From Candidatus Woesearchaeota archaeon (lineage in GTDB: Archaea > Nanobdellota > Nanobdellia > SCGC-AAA011-G17 > GW2011-AR17), in assembly GCA_016235495.1 (NCBI GenBank), contig JACRKH010000025.1:1-46250 (forward strand): a DNA stretch of 46,250 nucleotides, given 5' to 3'. The translations under genes and the position numbers were made by a program. The notes under the pieces are model-generated. The model had not been told where the DNA came from, ran no database searches, and worked only from the letters and a program-made list of their open reading frames with translations. This document shows, piece after piece, positions 18,390 through 26,735 of the stretch. Position 1 is the stretch's first letter, and each line of letters starts with the position of its first letter.

Positions 18390-19289
18390 ATGAATAAAAT
18401 GGAAAAAACGAATGAAAATATTTTAACCATTGCTGTAATAATAGCAGTGACAATACTAACCATCTATATTCTATCCTCGATTCCAGGTTATTTAAGACTC
18501 CCAGAGTCTAATGATATTATTGGCTTTCAATTAATATTCATCCTAATATTCCTCATGTTCAATGCTATCACAATAGGTATTTCTGCATGGATTCACAGAA
18601 CGTATGTTAATGACTATGGTAAAATTAAAAATGTGTGGTTCTTTGCGTTGTTTGGAGGAATAACAGCTGCAATCCTGGGGGAAGTCCTTCTGACAATGAA
18701 TCCTGTTAGTTTTCTAATGATAATTCCCTATACCCTTCTCATGTTTATTTATGCTCAGTTCTACAAAAGATGTACTTGGTGGAAGGTTGCATTAACTGCC
18801 TATTTCGGAGGCATAGTTATTGAGAATGGTATAAATCGAGCACCGATACAAATGACCACTTTGATATGGATTGGATTCTTCATCTATCCTTATTTCGTGA
18901 CAAAAATATATGAGAACAGAAAAAAAACTAGTTTTCTTGCAATAATAAAGGATTTGAAGGGGACAATAGTGAGTTCAGTTCTATTGACAGCTTTAGTATT
19001 ATACATTATCAGTGGAGGTCCTTTAGCAGTTTTTGCTGCAGCACTGCCATTTTTAGTTACCATCTTGTTTAGGCATTTCAAAAAAATAAAGCCTTTTGAG
19101 AAGAAAGAAGAGATAAATGTTCTTGAAATAATAAAAGACTTGAGATGGGCCTTTCTTTCCTCTATTGTGCTAATACTTTTAGCAATATATATGAGTAGAA
19201 ATAATCTTTCCCCGCCTTTAATAATATTCGGAGCTCTCCTACCCTTCTTAATGAATATTTCATATACACTTATCAAGAAAAGAAAATGA
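18390..19289 (+). CDS. polytopic membrane protein of unknown function with a duplicated C-terminal module
   Basis: Multiple hydrophobic helices. Two similar modules occur in tandem: IIKDLKGTIVSSVLLTALVLY...ALPFLVTILFRHFKK and IIKDLRWAFLSSIVLILLAIY...ALLPFLMNISYTLIKK. Confidence 0.55.
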   Translation: MNKMEKTNENILTIAVIIAVTILTIYILSSIPGYLRLPESNDIIGFQLIFILIFLMFNAITIGISAWIHRTYVNDYGKIKNVWFFALFGGITAAILGEVLLTMNPVSFLMIIPYTLLMFIYAQFYKRCTWWKVALTAYFGGIVIENGINRAPIQMTTLIWIGFFIYPYFVTKIYENRKKTSFLAIIKDLKGTIVSSVLLTALVLYIISGGPLAVFAAALPFLVTILFRHFKKIKPFEKKEEINVLEIIKDLRWAFLSSIVLILLAIYMSRNNLSPPLIIFGALLPFLMNISYTLIKKRK

Positions 19290-19350
19290 GACTTTTGTCA
19301 GCAACAGCATATAAGAAAATCTTATATATGCTTTTACTATAAATAACACC

Positions 19351-19998
19351 ATGTTCAACCTTTCCGAAAAAGAATCTGAAATCTTAAAGAAACTCAACAC
19401 TCCTAAAAAAATACAGGACTTTCTTGACCTTATCCCTATCAACTTCGAACCGCAGGGAGACACCTGCCTCTCACCCAGAGAAGTGCTCAAACAGAACAGA
19501 GCGCACTGCATAGAAGGAGCACTCTTTGCAGCCCTTGCACTGCGCATACATGGCTGCCCTCCGCTCATTGTGGATCTCACCTCAGCGAAGGGTGACGAGG
19601 ACCATGTCATTGCAGTATTCAAACAGCATGGCCACTGGGGAGCAATATCAAAGACAAATCATGCAGTCTTACGATATAGAGAACCCATCTACAAAACAAT
19701 CAGAGAACTTGTGCTTTCTTATTTTCATGAATATTTTACAAATCATGACAGAAAAAAAACCTTAAGAACCTACACTTTACCTATTAACCTAAAACAATTT
19801 GATAAAAAAGCCTGGATGACTGCAGAACAAGACCTTTGGTACATTGTAGATAAAATATTTGAAACAAAACATTATCCTCTTCTCAATAAAAAACAAATAG
19901 CCACCTTAAGAAAAGCAGACCTCATTGAAGTAAAAAGCTCAGAGATTCTAGAATGGCAAAAAAGACTCTCAAAAAATCCATGGAAATCAAAGGTTTAA
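19351..19998 (+). CDS. transglutaminase-like / papain-fold Cys-His domain protein (tentative)
   Basis: NRAHCIEGALFAALAL (Cys at a helix N-terminus) followed by DEDHVIAVF and WGAISKTNH resembles the transglutaminase-core Cys/His/Asp arrangement. Confidence 0.45.
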   Translation: MFNLSEKESEILKKLNTPKKIQDFLDLIPINFEPQGDTCLSPREVLKQNRAHCIEGALFAALALRIHGCPPLIVDLTSAKGDEDHVIAVFKQHGHWGAISKTNHAVLRYREPIYKTIRELVLSYFHEYFTNHDRKKTLRTYTLPINLKQFDKKAWMTAEQDLWYIVDKIFETKHYPLLNKKQIATLRKADLIEVKSSEILEWQKRLSKNPWKSKV

Positions 19999-20439
19999 CA
20001 ATAGAGAAGAGTCCAAACTTGGCCCCTCAGAAAGATACTGATTTCTATTTGCAGTCTTTCTCCTATGCAGCTCTTCCATGCCTAAAATAATACTCCCATC
20101 ACCGCACATAACAACATGTGATTCAGTATCTAATTCTTCATTTCGAAACTGCCAGTGATGAACATCAGGATTCCCTCTATTCCATTGAACAATATCACTA
20201 TATCCAAAAATATCTGCAACACGCTGATTTCTGCGAGCATCTCCCCAAAGCAAAGCTATCATATATTGCAAATCATCATCTTGAAAAAAGGAGTTTTTTC
20301 CAACAATATCAAGAACAGAAGCCCTTGCCATTTGTTTGCTTTCAGCACGGCTGTGACCATACAATTCCTCACCATACCTATGCACATAAATTCTTCCCTG
20401 AGGAGCTCCATGTAAAGGTAATCTATAGACAAAAGCCAT
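19987..20439 (-). CDS. hypothetical protein (150 aa, H/R/Q/D/W-rich)
   Basis: ORF with a TATA-like box (GTTTTATAAAGG on the minus strand) about 25 nt upstream of the ATG. No motif recognised. 12-nt convergent overlap with the previous gene. Confidence 0.45.
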   Translation of the reverse strand: MAFVYRLPLHGAPQGRIYVHRYGEELYGHSRAESKQMARASVLDIVGKNSFFQDDDLQYMIALLWGDARRNQRVADIFGYSDIVQWNRGNPDVHHWQFRNEELDTESHVVMCGDGSIILGMEELHRRKTANRNQYLSEGPSLDSSLLLNL

Positions 20440-20486
20440 AAGAGAAATAAAAAGAAATCCTTTATAAAACTGCTGTTTAAGAAAAT

Positions 20487-20768
20487 TTAAACCTTAGCAT
20501 CTACAGCAAGCATTTTTTCTATTGCCCTTTTATAATTTGAATCACAATGTGCATCAACTTCATACCAGCTTTTATCCACTGCTTGTAAACGAGCATATGC
20601 AATAAAGGTATCTGCACCTATCTTTCTCTCCAAATCCCACAGCCTCGTGCTAGCTTCCTGTAACGCATCTTCTAAACTCTCTGCTTGCAAACAAAATCTA
20701 TTATCCCCAGCATCAAGAAGCTCTGAAGCAATATCTGCTTTAAAATACTGAACAAGGTATTCTGCCAC
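20487..20768 (-). CDS. hypothetical protein (93 aa, acidic)
   Basis: ORF directly downstream of asnS on the same strand, with a TATA-like CTTAAATAAGG upstream. No motif recognised. Confidence 0.45.
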   Translation of the reverse strand: MAEYLVQYFKADIASELLDAGDNRFCLQAESLEDALQEASTRLWDLERKIGADTFIAYARLQAVDKSWYEVDAHCDSNYKRAIEKMLAVDAKV

Positions 20769-20800
20769 AAAAGAAAAAATGAAATTTCCTTATTTAAGCT

Positions 20801-22099
20801 TTATGGCTTATACCTCAGCATAGTGCGAGGGAAAGGAATAGCATCCTTAATGCTCTCTAACCCGCAAATCCAAGAAACAATGCGCTCCACACCCATGCCA
20901 AAGCCCCCATGAGGCACGGAGCCATACCTTCTTGTATCTAAATAGAAATCATAATCCCTTGGATTCTCACCCTGCTTCCTTAAATTATCCTCAATCTTTT
21001 TAATATCCTCTTCTCTTTGCGAAGCCCCCACAATTTCTCCATAACGCTCTGGTGCAATAATATCAAAGCCAAGAACAACTTTAGAATTTTCTGGGTCTTC
21101 TTTCATGTAAAAAGCCTTCACTACTTTGGGATATCCTGTAATAATCACAGGGGTGTCATGCCATTCAGAAAGCTTGTCTTCTTCAACAGTACGCAAATCT
21201 TTACCCCACTCCACTTTCATCTTCGCTTTCTTCTCAAGCTCCTTCAAAATATCTGTATAAGTTGTTCGCGGAAAAGCTTTCTTCACTGTAGGCTCTAACT
21301 TCTTTGGATCCCTTTCTAGAATCTTCAACTCCTCTTTATTTGTTTCTAAGACTGCCTTCACACAAGCCTTAATCAGACCTTCAGCATGATCCTGAATATC
21401 TTCAAACCTTGACCAAGCCATCTCCATCTCTGCATGCCAGTACTCAGTAAGATGCCGTGAAGTTTTTGATTTTTCTGCTCGAAAAGAAGGAGCAAGCGTA
21501 TAAATTTTTTCTAAGGAAAAGATTGCAGGCTCTGCTTGCAGCTGCCAAGTCTGTGCTAGGAACACATGACCCCCAAAGTAAGGCACCTTAAAGACTTCAC
21601 TTCCCCCTTCTGCCTGTGTTGGCTGAAAAATAGGACTTTGATACTCATAGAAGCCATGAGCTCTAAAATACTGATGAATTGCGCCAAAGATAGTGCTTCG
21701 TATCTTCAAAATAGCAGTCATCCTTCGTGAGCGCAGCCATAAATGCCTGTTATCTGCTAAGAACTCCACACTCTGATCCTTTTGAATAGGAAAATTATCA
21801 CACGCACCAACAACATGCAAGTCTGAGACAACAACTTCATAGCCAGTAGGAGCACGTTCATCTTTTTTTATGTCTCCATGTAGTTCCAAAGAAGTTTCTA
21901 TTTTCACACTCTCTGCTTCTTTCCACACTTTCTCAGAAACCTTATCCTTCTCAAGAACACACTGAATAATATTGGAAGAATCCCTTAGTGTAATAAATCG
22001 TAATTTATTCGAACCTCTTTCTCGGTAGCACCAGCCATGCAAAGAGACTTTACCCTTTCCCTGTTTGATGGCATCCTGAATAGAAATGTATGCTGTCAT
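20801..22099 (-). CDS. asnS: asparaginyl-tRNA synthetase (class IIb)
   Basis: FRAEKSKTSRHLTEYWHAEMEMAW is AsnRS-type motif 2 (the Trp after the RHL.E block). The C-terminal GGFGMGVERIV is motif 3. The ATG at 22099 (MTAYISIQD) is preferred over the listed 22150 because a TATA-like TTATTTAAA lies about 25 nt upstream. Confidence 0.85.
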   Translation of the reverse strand: MTAYISIQDAIKQGKGKVSLHGWCYRERGSNKLRFITLRDSSNIIQCVLEKDKVSEKVWKEAESVKIETSLELHGDIKKDERAPTGYEVVVSDLHVVGACDNFPIQKDQSVEFLADNRHLWLRSRRMTAILKIRSTIFGAIHQYFRAHGFYEYQSPIFQPTQAEGGSEVFKVPYFGGHVFLAQTWQLQAEPAIFSLEKIYTLAPSFRAEKSKTSRHLTEYWHAEMEMAWSRFEDIQDHAEGLIKACVKAVLETNKEELKILERDPKKLEPTVKKAFPRTTYTDILKELEKKAKMKVEWGKDLRTVEEDKLSEWHDTPVIITGYPKVVKAFYMKEDPENSKVVLGFDIIAPERYGEIVGASQREEDIKKIEDNLRKQGENPRDYDFYLDTRRYGSVPHGGFGMGVERIVSWICGLESIKDAIPFPRTMLRYKP

Positions 22100-22185
22100 A
22101 GAAGAAATAATTTTCTCTGAATTTAAATAAGTAACGGTAAGAGACAACAAAAACCTTTTTAAACCTCTATAAAACCCAAAACACC

Positions 22186-23280
22186 ATGTTCAGTATTATA
22201 AAAGAACAAGGAAACGCAAGAGTAGGCATACTGCAGACAGTGCATGGAGAGGTAGAAACACCCTTCTTCATGCCCGTCGCCACAAGGGCAGTAGGCCGCT
22301 TTGTCTCTACAGAGGATTACATAGAAGCAGGAGCAAAAGTTCTCATAGCAAACGCCTTCCTTCTCTCTTTATCCCCTGGACTAGAAACTTTTGAAAAAAT
22401 GAAAGGCATTCACAATTTCATGCGCTACCCAGGAATTATTTTCACAGACTGTGGGGGCTTCCAAATGCTAAGAGAAAATCTTATGCAGGACACCACTACC
22501 AATGGCATCAAATTCAAAACCCCAGAGGGTCAGGAAGTTTTCATGCGCCCAGAAAAAGTCATGCACATAGGAGAAACTATTGGATCTGATGTAATCATGG
22601 CCTTAGATTGTGTCTTACCATATGGAAAAACAAAAGAAGAATATCTTGAAGCAATGGAAAAGTCACATCGCTGGACCAAGAAATGCAAAGAACTGCATAA
22701 AGGAAAACAATTATTATTTGGTATCACACAGGGAGGAACTTTCCCGGACTTAAGAGAACAAAGTGCAAGAATAATTAATGAGCTAGACTTTGACGGGAAT
22801 GCTATTGGAGGTATTGGCATTGGGGAGCCCACAGAAGTGCTCTACAAAGTAGTAGAAGCATCTATTCCTCATCTCAATAAAAACAAACCCAGATATGTCA
22901 TGGGGCTGGGAAAACCAGAACAAATCATTGAATGCGTAGAACGTGGTATTGACATTTTTGATAGCATCTACCCGCAAAAGAATGCACGGCATGGGATGTT
23001 ATTTACCTTCAATGGCATTCTCGACCTAGGAAAAGAAATATACAAATATGATGAAAGTCCTATAGAGAAAGATTGTAAATGTTTTTCATGTAAAACATTC
23101 TCTAAGGCATACCTCAGATATTTGTTAAAAAAAGAAGATCCTGTGGGAAAAAGATACTTGACTATTCACAATCTCTACTTCATGCAGGAATTCATGAAAA
23201 AAATAAGAGAAAGTATCAAAGAAGGAGCATTTCAGGAATTCAAAAAAGATTTTCTCAGCAAACATAAAAAGCTACAATAA
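22186..23280 (+). CDS. tgtA: archaeosine-type tRNA-guanine transglycosylase, catalytic domain only (364 aa, no C-terminal PUA region)
   Basis: TDCGGFQM, GGIGIGEP, YVMGLGKPEQI..GIDIFDS, and the zinc site CKCFSCK...IHNL. Confidence 0.85.
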   Translation: MFSIIKEQGNARVGILQTVHGEVETPFFMPVATRAVGRFVSTEDYIEAGAKVLIANAFLLSLSPGLETFEKMKGIHNFMRYPGIIFTDCGGFQMLRENLMQDTTTNGIKFKTPEGQEVFMRPEKVMHIGETIGSDVIMALDCVLPYGKTKEEYLEAMEKSHRWTKKCKELHKGKQLLFGITQGGTFPDLREQSARIINELDFDGNAIGGIGIGEPTEVLYKVVEASIPHLNKNKPRYVMGLGKPEQIIECVERGIDIFDSIYPQKNARHGMLFTFNGILDLGKEIYKYDESPIEKDCKCFSCKTFSKAYLRYLLKKEDPVGKRYLTIHNLYFMQEFMKKIRESIKEGAFQEFKKDFLSKHKKLQ

Positions 23281-23332
23281 AAGAAGAGAATTTTGAAGTC
23301 GCAATTTACGACCACAAGTCTATTGAAAAATA

Positions 23333-24655
23333 TTAAGGAGTGAGACGCTCTGGATCTCGTGGAAGCAAAATAGCCTCTCGAATATTCCCCAGCTGCAGCA
23401 TTTGTTCGGTAATCCTATCCAGCCCTAAACCCACACCGCCATGAGGAGGGCAGCCATATCTAAAAATATCTCTATAGAAAGGCATCAAGGTCAAATCAAT
23501 TCCTTTCTCCATTGCTTGTGCTTCAAGAACTTGTAGCCTATGCTCTCTTTGCGCGCCAGTAGCAATCTCCACGCCATTGTACACCAAATCAAAAGACTTC
23601 GTTACTTTCTTATCCTTCTCAGGCCTCATATGATAGAAGGGTCTTTTCTCCCAAGGATAATCAAGCATAAACACAAAATCACTCTGTAACTTTTCTTTGA
23701 TATAATGAGCAATCATTTTCTCCCCATCAGCATCAAGATCTTCATTCTCAGGAACAATCTTTCCTAATTTCTTCAATATATTCCTTGCTTCATGCATGGA
23801 GAGTTTTGGAATTGTTTTAGGAACATGCAAATCCACACCTAAACGAGCCAATTCTTCTCTGCAGGATTTTTTAATTTCTGTAATCAAATAAACAAAATAC
23901 TTTTCAACAATAGTCATGACATCATGCTCATCACGAATAAAGCCCATCTCAAAATCAACACCAGTAAATTCAGTAAGATGCCTTGTCGTGTGTGACTTCT
24001 CCGCTCGGAAAACAGTTCCAAGTTCATACACTTTCTCCAACCCAGAAACAACAAACATCTGCTTGTAAATCTGAGGACTCTGCGCAAGAGAAGCAGTCTT
24101 TCCAAAATAAGGAATTTTAAACTCTTCAGCGCCAGACTCGACACCAGAAGCAGTCAATTTAGGAGTTTGAATATTAATGAACCCCTCTTTCTCAAAAAAA
24201 GCAACAGTCGTGCTGTAAATTTTTGAACGCACCGTAAAAATATCAGTCACTCTTTGCCTTCGCACATCTAAAAACCTGTAATCCAACCTCTTATCCAAAC
24301 CAGTCGTAGTCTCCTCAGCAATTTCAATAGGCAGAGGAGTTTCAGCCATATTCAGAACTTCAACAGAAGCAGCAGCAACTTCAACTGCACCAGTCTTCAT
24401 TTCTTTTTTAACTTGATTCTCAGGCCTTTTATTAACAAGACCTTTGACAAGAACAACAGACTGTGGTTTGAGATACTGATTTGCTTCCGCTAATTTTTTA
24501 TCTAAGAATACTTGAACAATCCCACTTCTATCCCTAAGCAATAAGAATCCTATCTTCCCACTGATTCGTACAGTGTCCACCCATCCAGCAAGAACAACTT
24601 CTTTTCCTGAAACAGAAGCATTCAAGTCCCCGCAATGATGTGTTCGCATAGACAA
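23333..24655 (-). CDS. aspS: aspartyl-tRNA synthetase (archaeal/eukaryotic type)
   Basis: FRAEKSHTTRHLTEFTGVDFEMGF (motif 2), an N-terminal OB anticodon-binding domain, and GGVGLGLDRIT (motif 3). Confidence 0.9.
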   Translation of the reverse strand: MSMRTHHCGDLNASVSGKEVVLAGWVDTVRISGKIGFLLLRDRSGIVQVFLDKKLAEANQYLKPQSVVLVKGLVNKRPENQVKKEMKTGAVEVAAASVEVLNMAETPLPIEIAEETTTGLDKRLDYRFLDVRRQRVTDIFTVRSKIYSTTVAFFEKEGFINIQTPKLTASGVESGAEEFKIPYFGKTASLAQSPQIYKQMFVVSGLEKVYELGTVFRAEKSHTTRHLTEFTGVDFEMGFIRDEHDVMTIVEKYFVYLITEIKKSCREELARLGVDLHVPKTIPKLSMHEARNILKKLGKIVPENEDLDADGEKMIAHYIKEKLQSDFVFMLDYPWEKRPFYHMRPEKDKKVTKSFDLVYNGVEIATGAQREHRLQVLEAQAMEKGIDLTLMPFYRDIFRYGCPPHGGVGLGLDRITEQMLQLGNIREAILLPRDPERLTP

Positions 24656-24670
24656 TAGAAAATAATAAAG

Positions 24671-24680
24671 ATTTATAAGC
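24671..24680 (-). promoter_or_regulatory. TATA-like box for aspS
   Basis: GCTTATAAAT on the minus strand lies about 20 nt upstream of ATG 24655. Confidence 0.45.
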
Positions 24681-25028
24681 TTTGTTGTGAACTACCCCGG
24701 GCTAAAGCCCGTGGCATCATCACAAACTATCTAGCCATACTGCTATTGTAATTGAAAAGGGTTCTCTGCTGTTTGTCTTGTTTCTCCCAATGTTTTGCTT
24801 GTCCATCTTCTCATACTTTTTTACAGTTGTTGCGGTAACTGCACCATGGTTTGATAAAAATAACCTCCTCATTCGGAATGCAAGAACTCTTAAGCTCACA
24901 GAAGGATCATTAGATAATATTTTAATGGTGCCAAAAGAAGAAGACTAAAGCTTATTTTTAGCAAAAACAACATTCATTTAGAGAATAATTTCGAAGAATT
25001 TATAAGGTTGCAATCCTCTTACCATTTC

Positions 25029-25385
25029 ATGATTTCGTATCCAAGTGTCAATAAAATTATTGAGCTTAACTTCCTAGTTTTGAGTGTCATAGTTGTAAAG
25101 AAAGCTGATAGACCAGAAATTCTAAGTCATGTAAAGATCTCTAGTGCGCTGAAGCATTGTGAGAACTTTGAGGGAGATTTATACGATAAAGCAGCTACTT
25201 TAATGAAAGCCTTAATTAAAAATCATGCTTTTGCCAGTGGTAATAGAAGAACTGCTTTTATCGCTACAAAATATTTCCTCAAAATAAATAATGGAAAGTT
25301 TAAAATACCTAATGATCCTTTATCTGCAAAGGTTATGCAGGGCATCCGTGAAGAATATTATTCTCACGAAGAAATTAAAGAATAG
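25029..25385 (+). CDS. doc: Doc (death-on-curing) / Fic-fold family toxin
   Basis: KAATLMKALIKNHAFASGNRRTAFIATKYFLKINNGKF matches the Doc core H.F.(D/S)(A/G)N(K/R)R.A. The ATG at 25029 is about 25 nt downstream of TATA-like AATTTATAAGG (24997-25007). The listed ORF begins at TTG 25008. Confidence 0.7.
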   Translation: MISYPSVNKIIELNFLVLSVIVVKKADRPEILSHVKISSALKHCENFEGDLYDKAATLMKALIKNHAFASGNRRTAFIATKYFLKINNGKFKIPNDPLSAKVMQGIREEYYSHEEIKE

Positions 25386-25392
25386 ATTAAAA

Positions 25393-25512
25393 ATGGGAAA
25401 ATCAAAAAATTTACAAGATAGGAAAAGTAAAATCGTAATTGAGGAAATAAAGAAATTTAATGATTTAATCAAAGGCCATCAAAAGCTATTAAGAGAAATT
25501 GGTTCTCTTTAG
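25393..25512 (+). CDS. 39-aa basic helical mini-ORF 7 nt downstream of doc (speculative antitoxin or partner)
   Basis: MGKSKNLQDRKSKIVIEEIKKFNDLIKGHQKLLREIGSL, tightly spaced after the doc stop. There is no homology evidence. Confidence 0.25.
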   Translation: MGKSKNLQDRKSKIVIEEIKKFNDLIKGHQKLLREIGSL

Positions 25513-25517
25513 AACAA

Positions 25518-26057
25518 CTATTTCCCAGAAATATCCAGCAATAACTGCTCTAACTTCTGCAGATTCCACTTAATAGAATCAGACTTTTGCCGCAAAGTGC
25601 CATTGCGCAAATCAAGCAGTAAGAATTTTCCATAAATCTCTTCCACCAATGCAGTAATCTCCCTTGCACCACCATAATTCTTCTGTATAACATCTTTCAC
25701 AGCCTTCCTCAAAAGTTCTCCGGTCAGATCACAGAGTCCCATAAGATAATTCTCTGTATCAACTTTCAATTCTTCTTTGTTAGGAATTCTTTTCTCATGA
25801 ATAAAGTAATAAAAACAAGCAGCTTCAACATACTCTTGCACAGCAGTATTCTCAATGCCAGTAGCAGATTCTCTTTCCAACTGCTCTATCAAAGATTCAA
25901 TCTTCTCAAGGCTAGTCTTCTCCCCTCTTTGTAAAGAATAAATCACAACTTTAGACTCTCGAATAATATCTCGAGACAGCTGAATAAGCAATTCTCTTCG
26001 TTCATCTGCAGCATGCAGTTCTTCAATAATTCCATTGAAATCTTTATCTAAAATCAT
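25518..26057 (-). CDS. translin-family protein (tentative)
   Basis: An all-helical protein of about 179 aa. NYLMGLCDLTGELLRKAV resembles the translin/TRAX motif (Y..G..D..GEL.R). The start at 26057 (MILDKDF) is preferred, because the listed N-terminal extension is hydrophobic junk overlapping the divergent gene. Confidence 0.5.
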   Translation of the reverse strand: MILDKDFNGIIEELHAADERRELLIQLSRDIIRESKVVIYSLQRGEKTSLEKIESLIEQLERESATGIENTAVQEYVEAACFYYFIHEKRIPNKEELKVDTENYLMGLCDLTGELLRKAVKDVIQKNYGGAREITALVEEIYGKFLLLDLRNGTLRQKSDSIKWNLQKLEQLLLDISGK

Positions 26058-26204
26058 AGAAAAAATGAGTAAGAAGTCATTTATAAAGCTATGTACCTCC
26101 AAATTAAAGGAGACTTTCACCAAAGATATCTCCCAAGGCTCATAAAGAGAGAAATTTTTCAACAAAAGCATAAGGTATAAAAAGAAAAGGAATACAAAAC
26201 ACAC

Positions 26205-26735
26205 ATGGAACCATTTGTGCATGCATTAATACCATTAGCATTTCTTCTCGCACTCTTCCCAAATCTTGATAAAAAATATATCTTCTACCTTGTTCCCATC
26301 GTTTGGATAATTGATCTTGACACTTTTATAGGCCTTCACAGGTTCACTTTTCATAATCTGACATTCATCCTTGCTCTTGCAGGGATAGCATATATCATTT
26401 TCAGAAACAGAACTGCATTTTGGGTGGCATGCTACTATGGAATATCTCACCTCATCCTCGACTTAGCACTGCCAGGAGTAGCATTCTTCTACCCCTTCTA
26501 CCAGAAAACATTCTATCTTAATTTCAGCCTGACAAGAGTAACGCAGTGGATTGTTGATATCAGCGCAGGAACATTATCCCTAGACCAGTTCCAAGCATTG
26601 CTTCCAGGATGGACAGAAAAAACCTACATAGGCGAAGCATCAATTTTATTTATTATTCTTTTTGCAATAATTTTACTCGTTCGTTATAAAAAAGAAATAA
26701 AAGAAACCACACAAAAATGGATAAACATCAAATAA
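26205..26735 (+). CDS. DUF457 / YdjM-like membrane-bound metal-dependent hydrolase
   Basis: Multi-TM protein with IIDLDTFIGLHRFTFHNL, resembling the DUF457 motif (PD.D....HRg.tHs). Confidence 0.55.
   Translation: MEPFVHALIPLAFLLALFPNLDKKYIFYLVPIVWIIDLDTFIGLHRFTFHNLTFILALAGIAYIIFRNRTAFWVACYYGISHLILDLALPGVAFFYPFYQKTFYLNFSLTRVTQWIVDISAGTLSLDQFQALLPGWTEKTYIGEASILFIILFAIILLVRYKKEIKETTQKWINIK

Noticed and set aside
19526-19765. Nested or alternative-frame ORFs inside the transglutaminase-like gene and the 19987-20439 gene (19526..19765, 20118..20441 and 20155..20415).
   Set aside because: They are out-of-frame or antisense to longer ORFs that have their own promoter-like boxes, and they have no supporting signals.
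24685-24725. A box C/D sRNA on the minus strand, suggested by the GUGAUGA C-box-like sequence.
   Set aside because: There is no CUGA D box or C'/D' pair at the expected spacing, and the element is a tight GC hairpin rather than a guide-containing sRNA. I kept it only as a generic structured-element finding.
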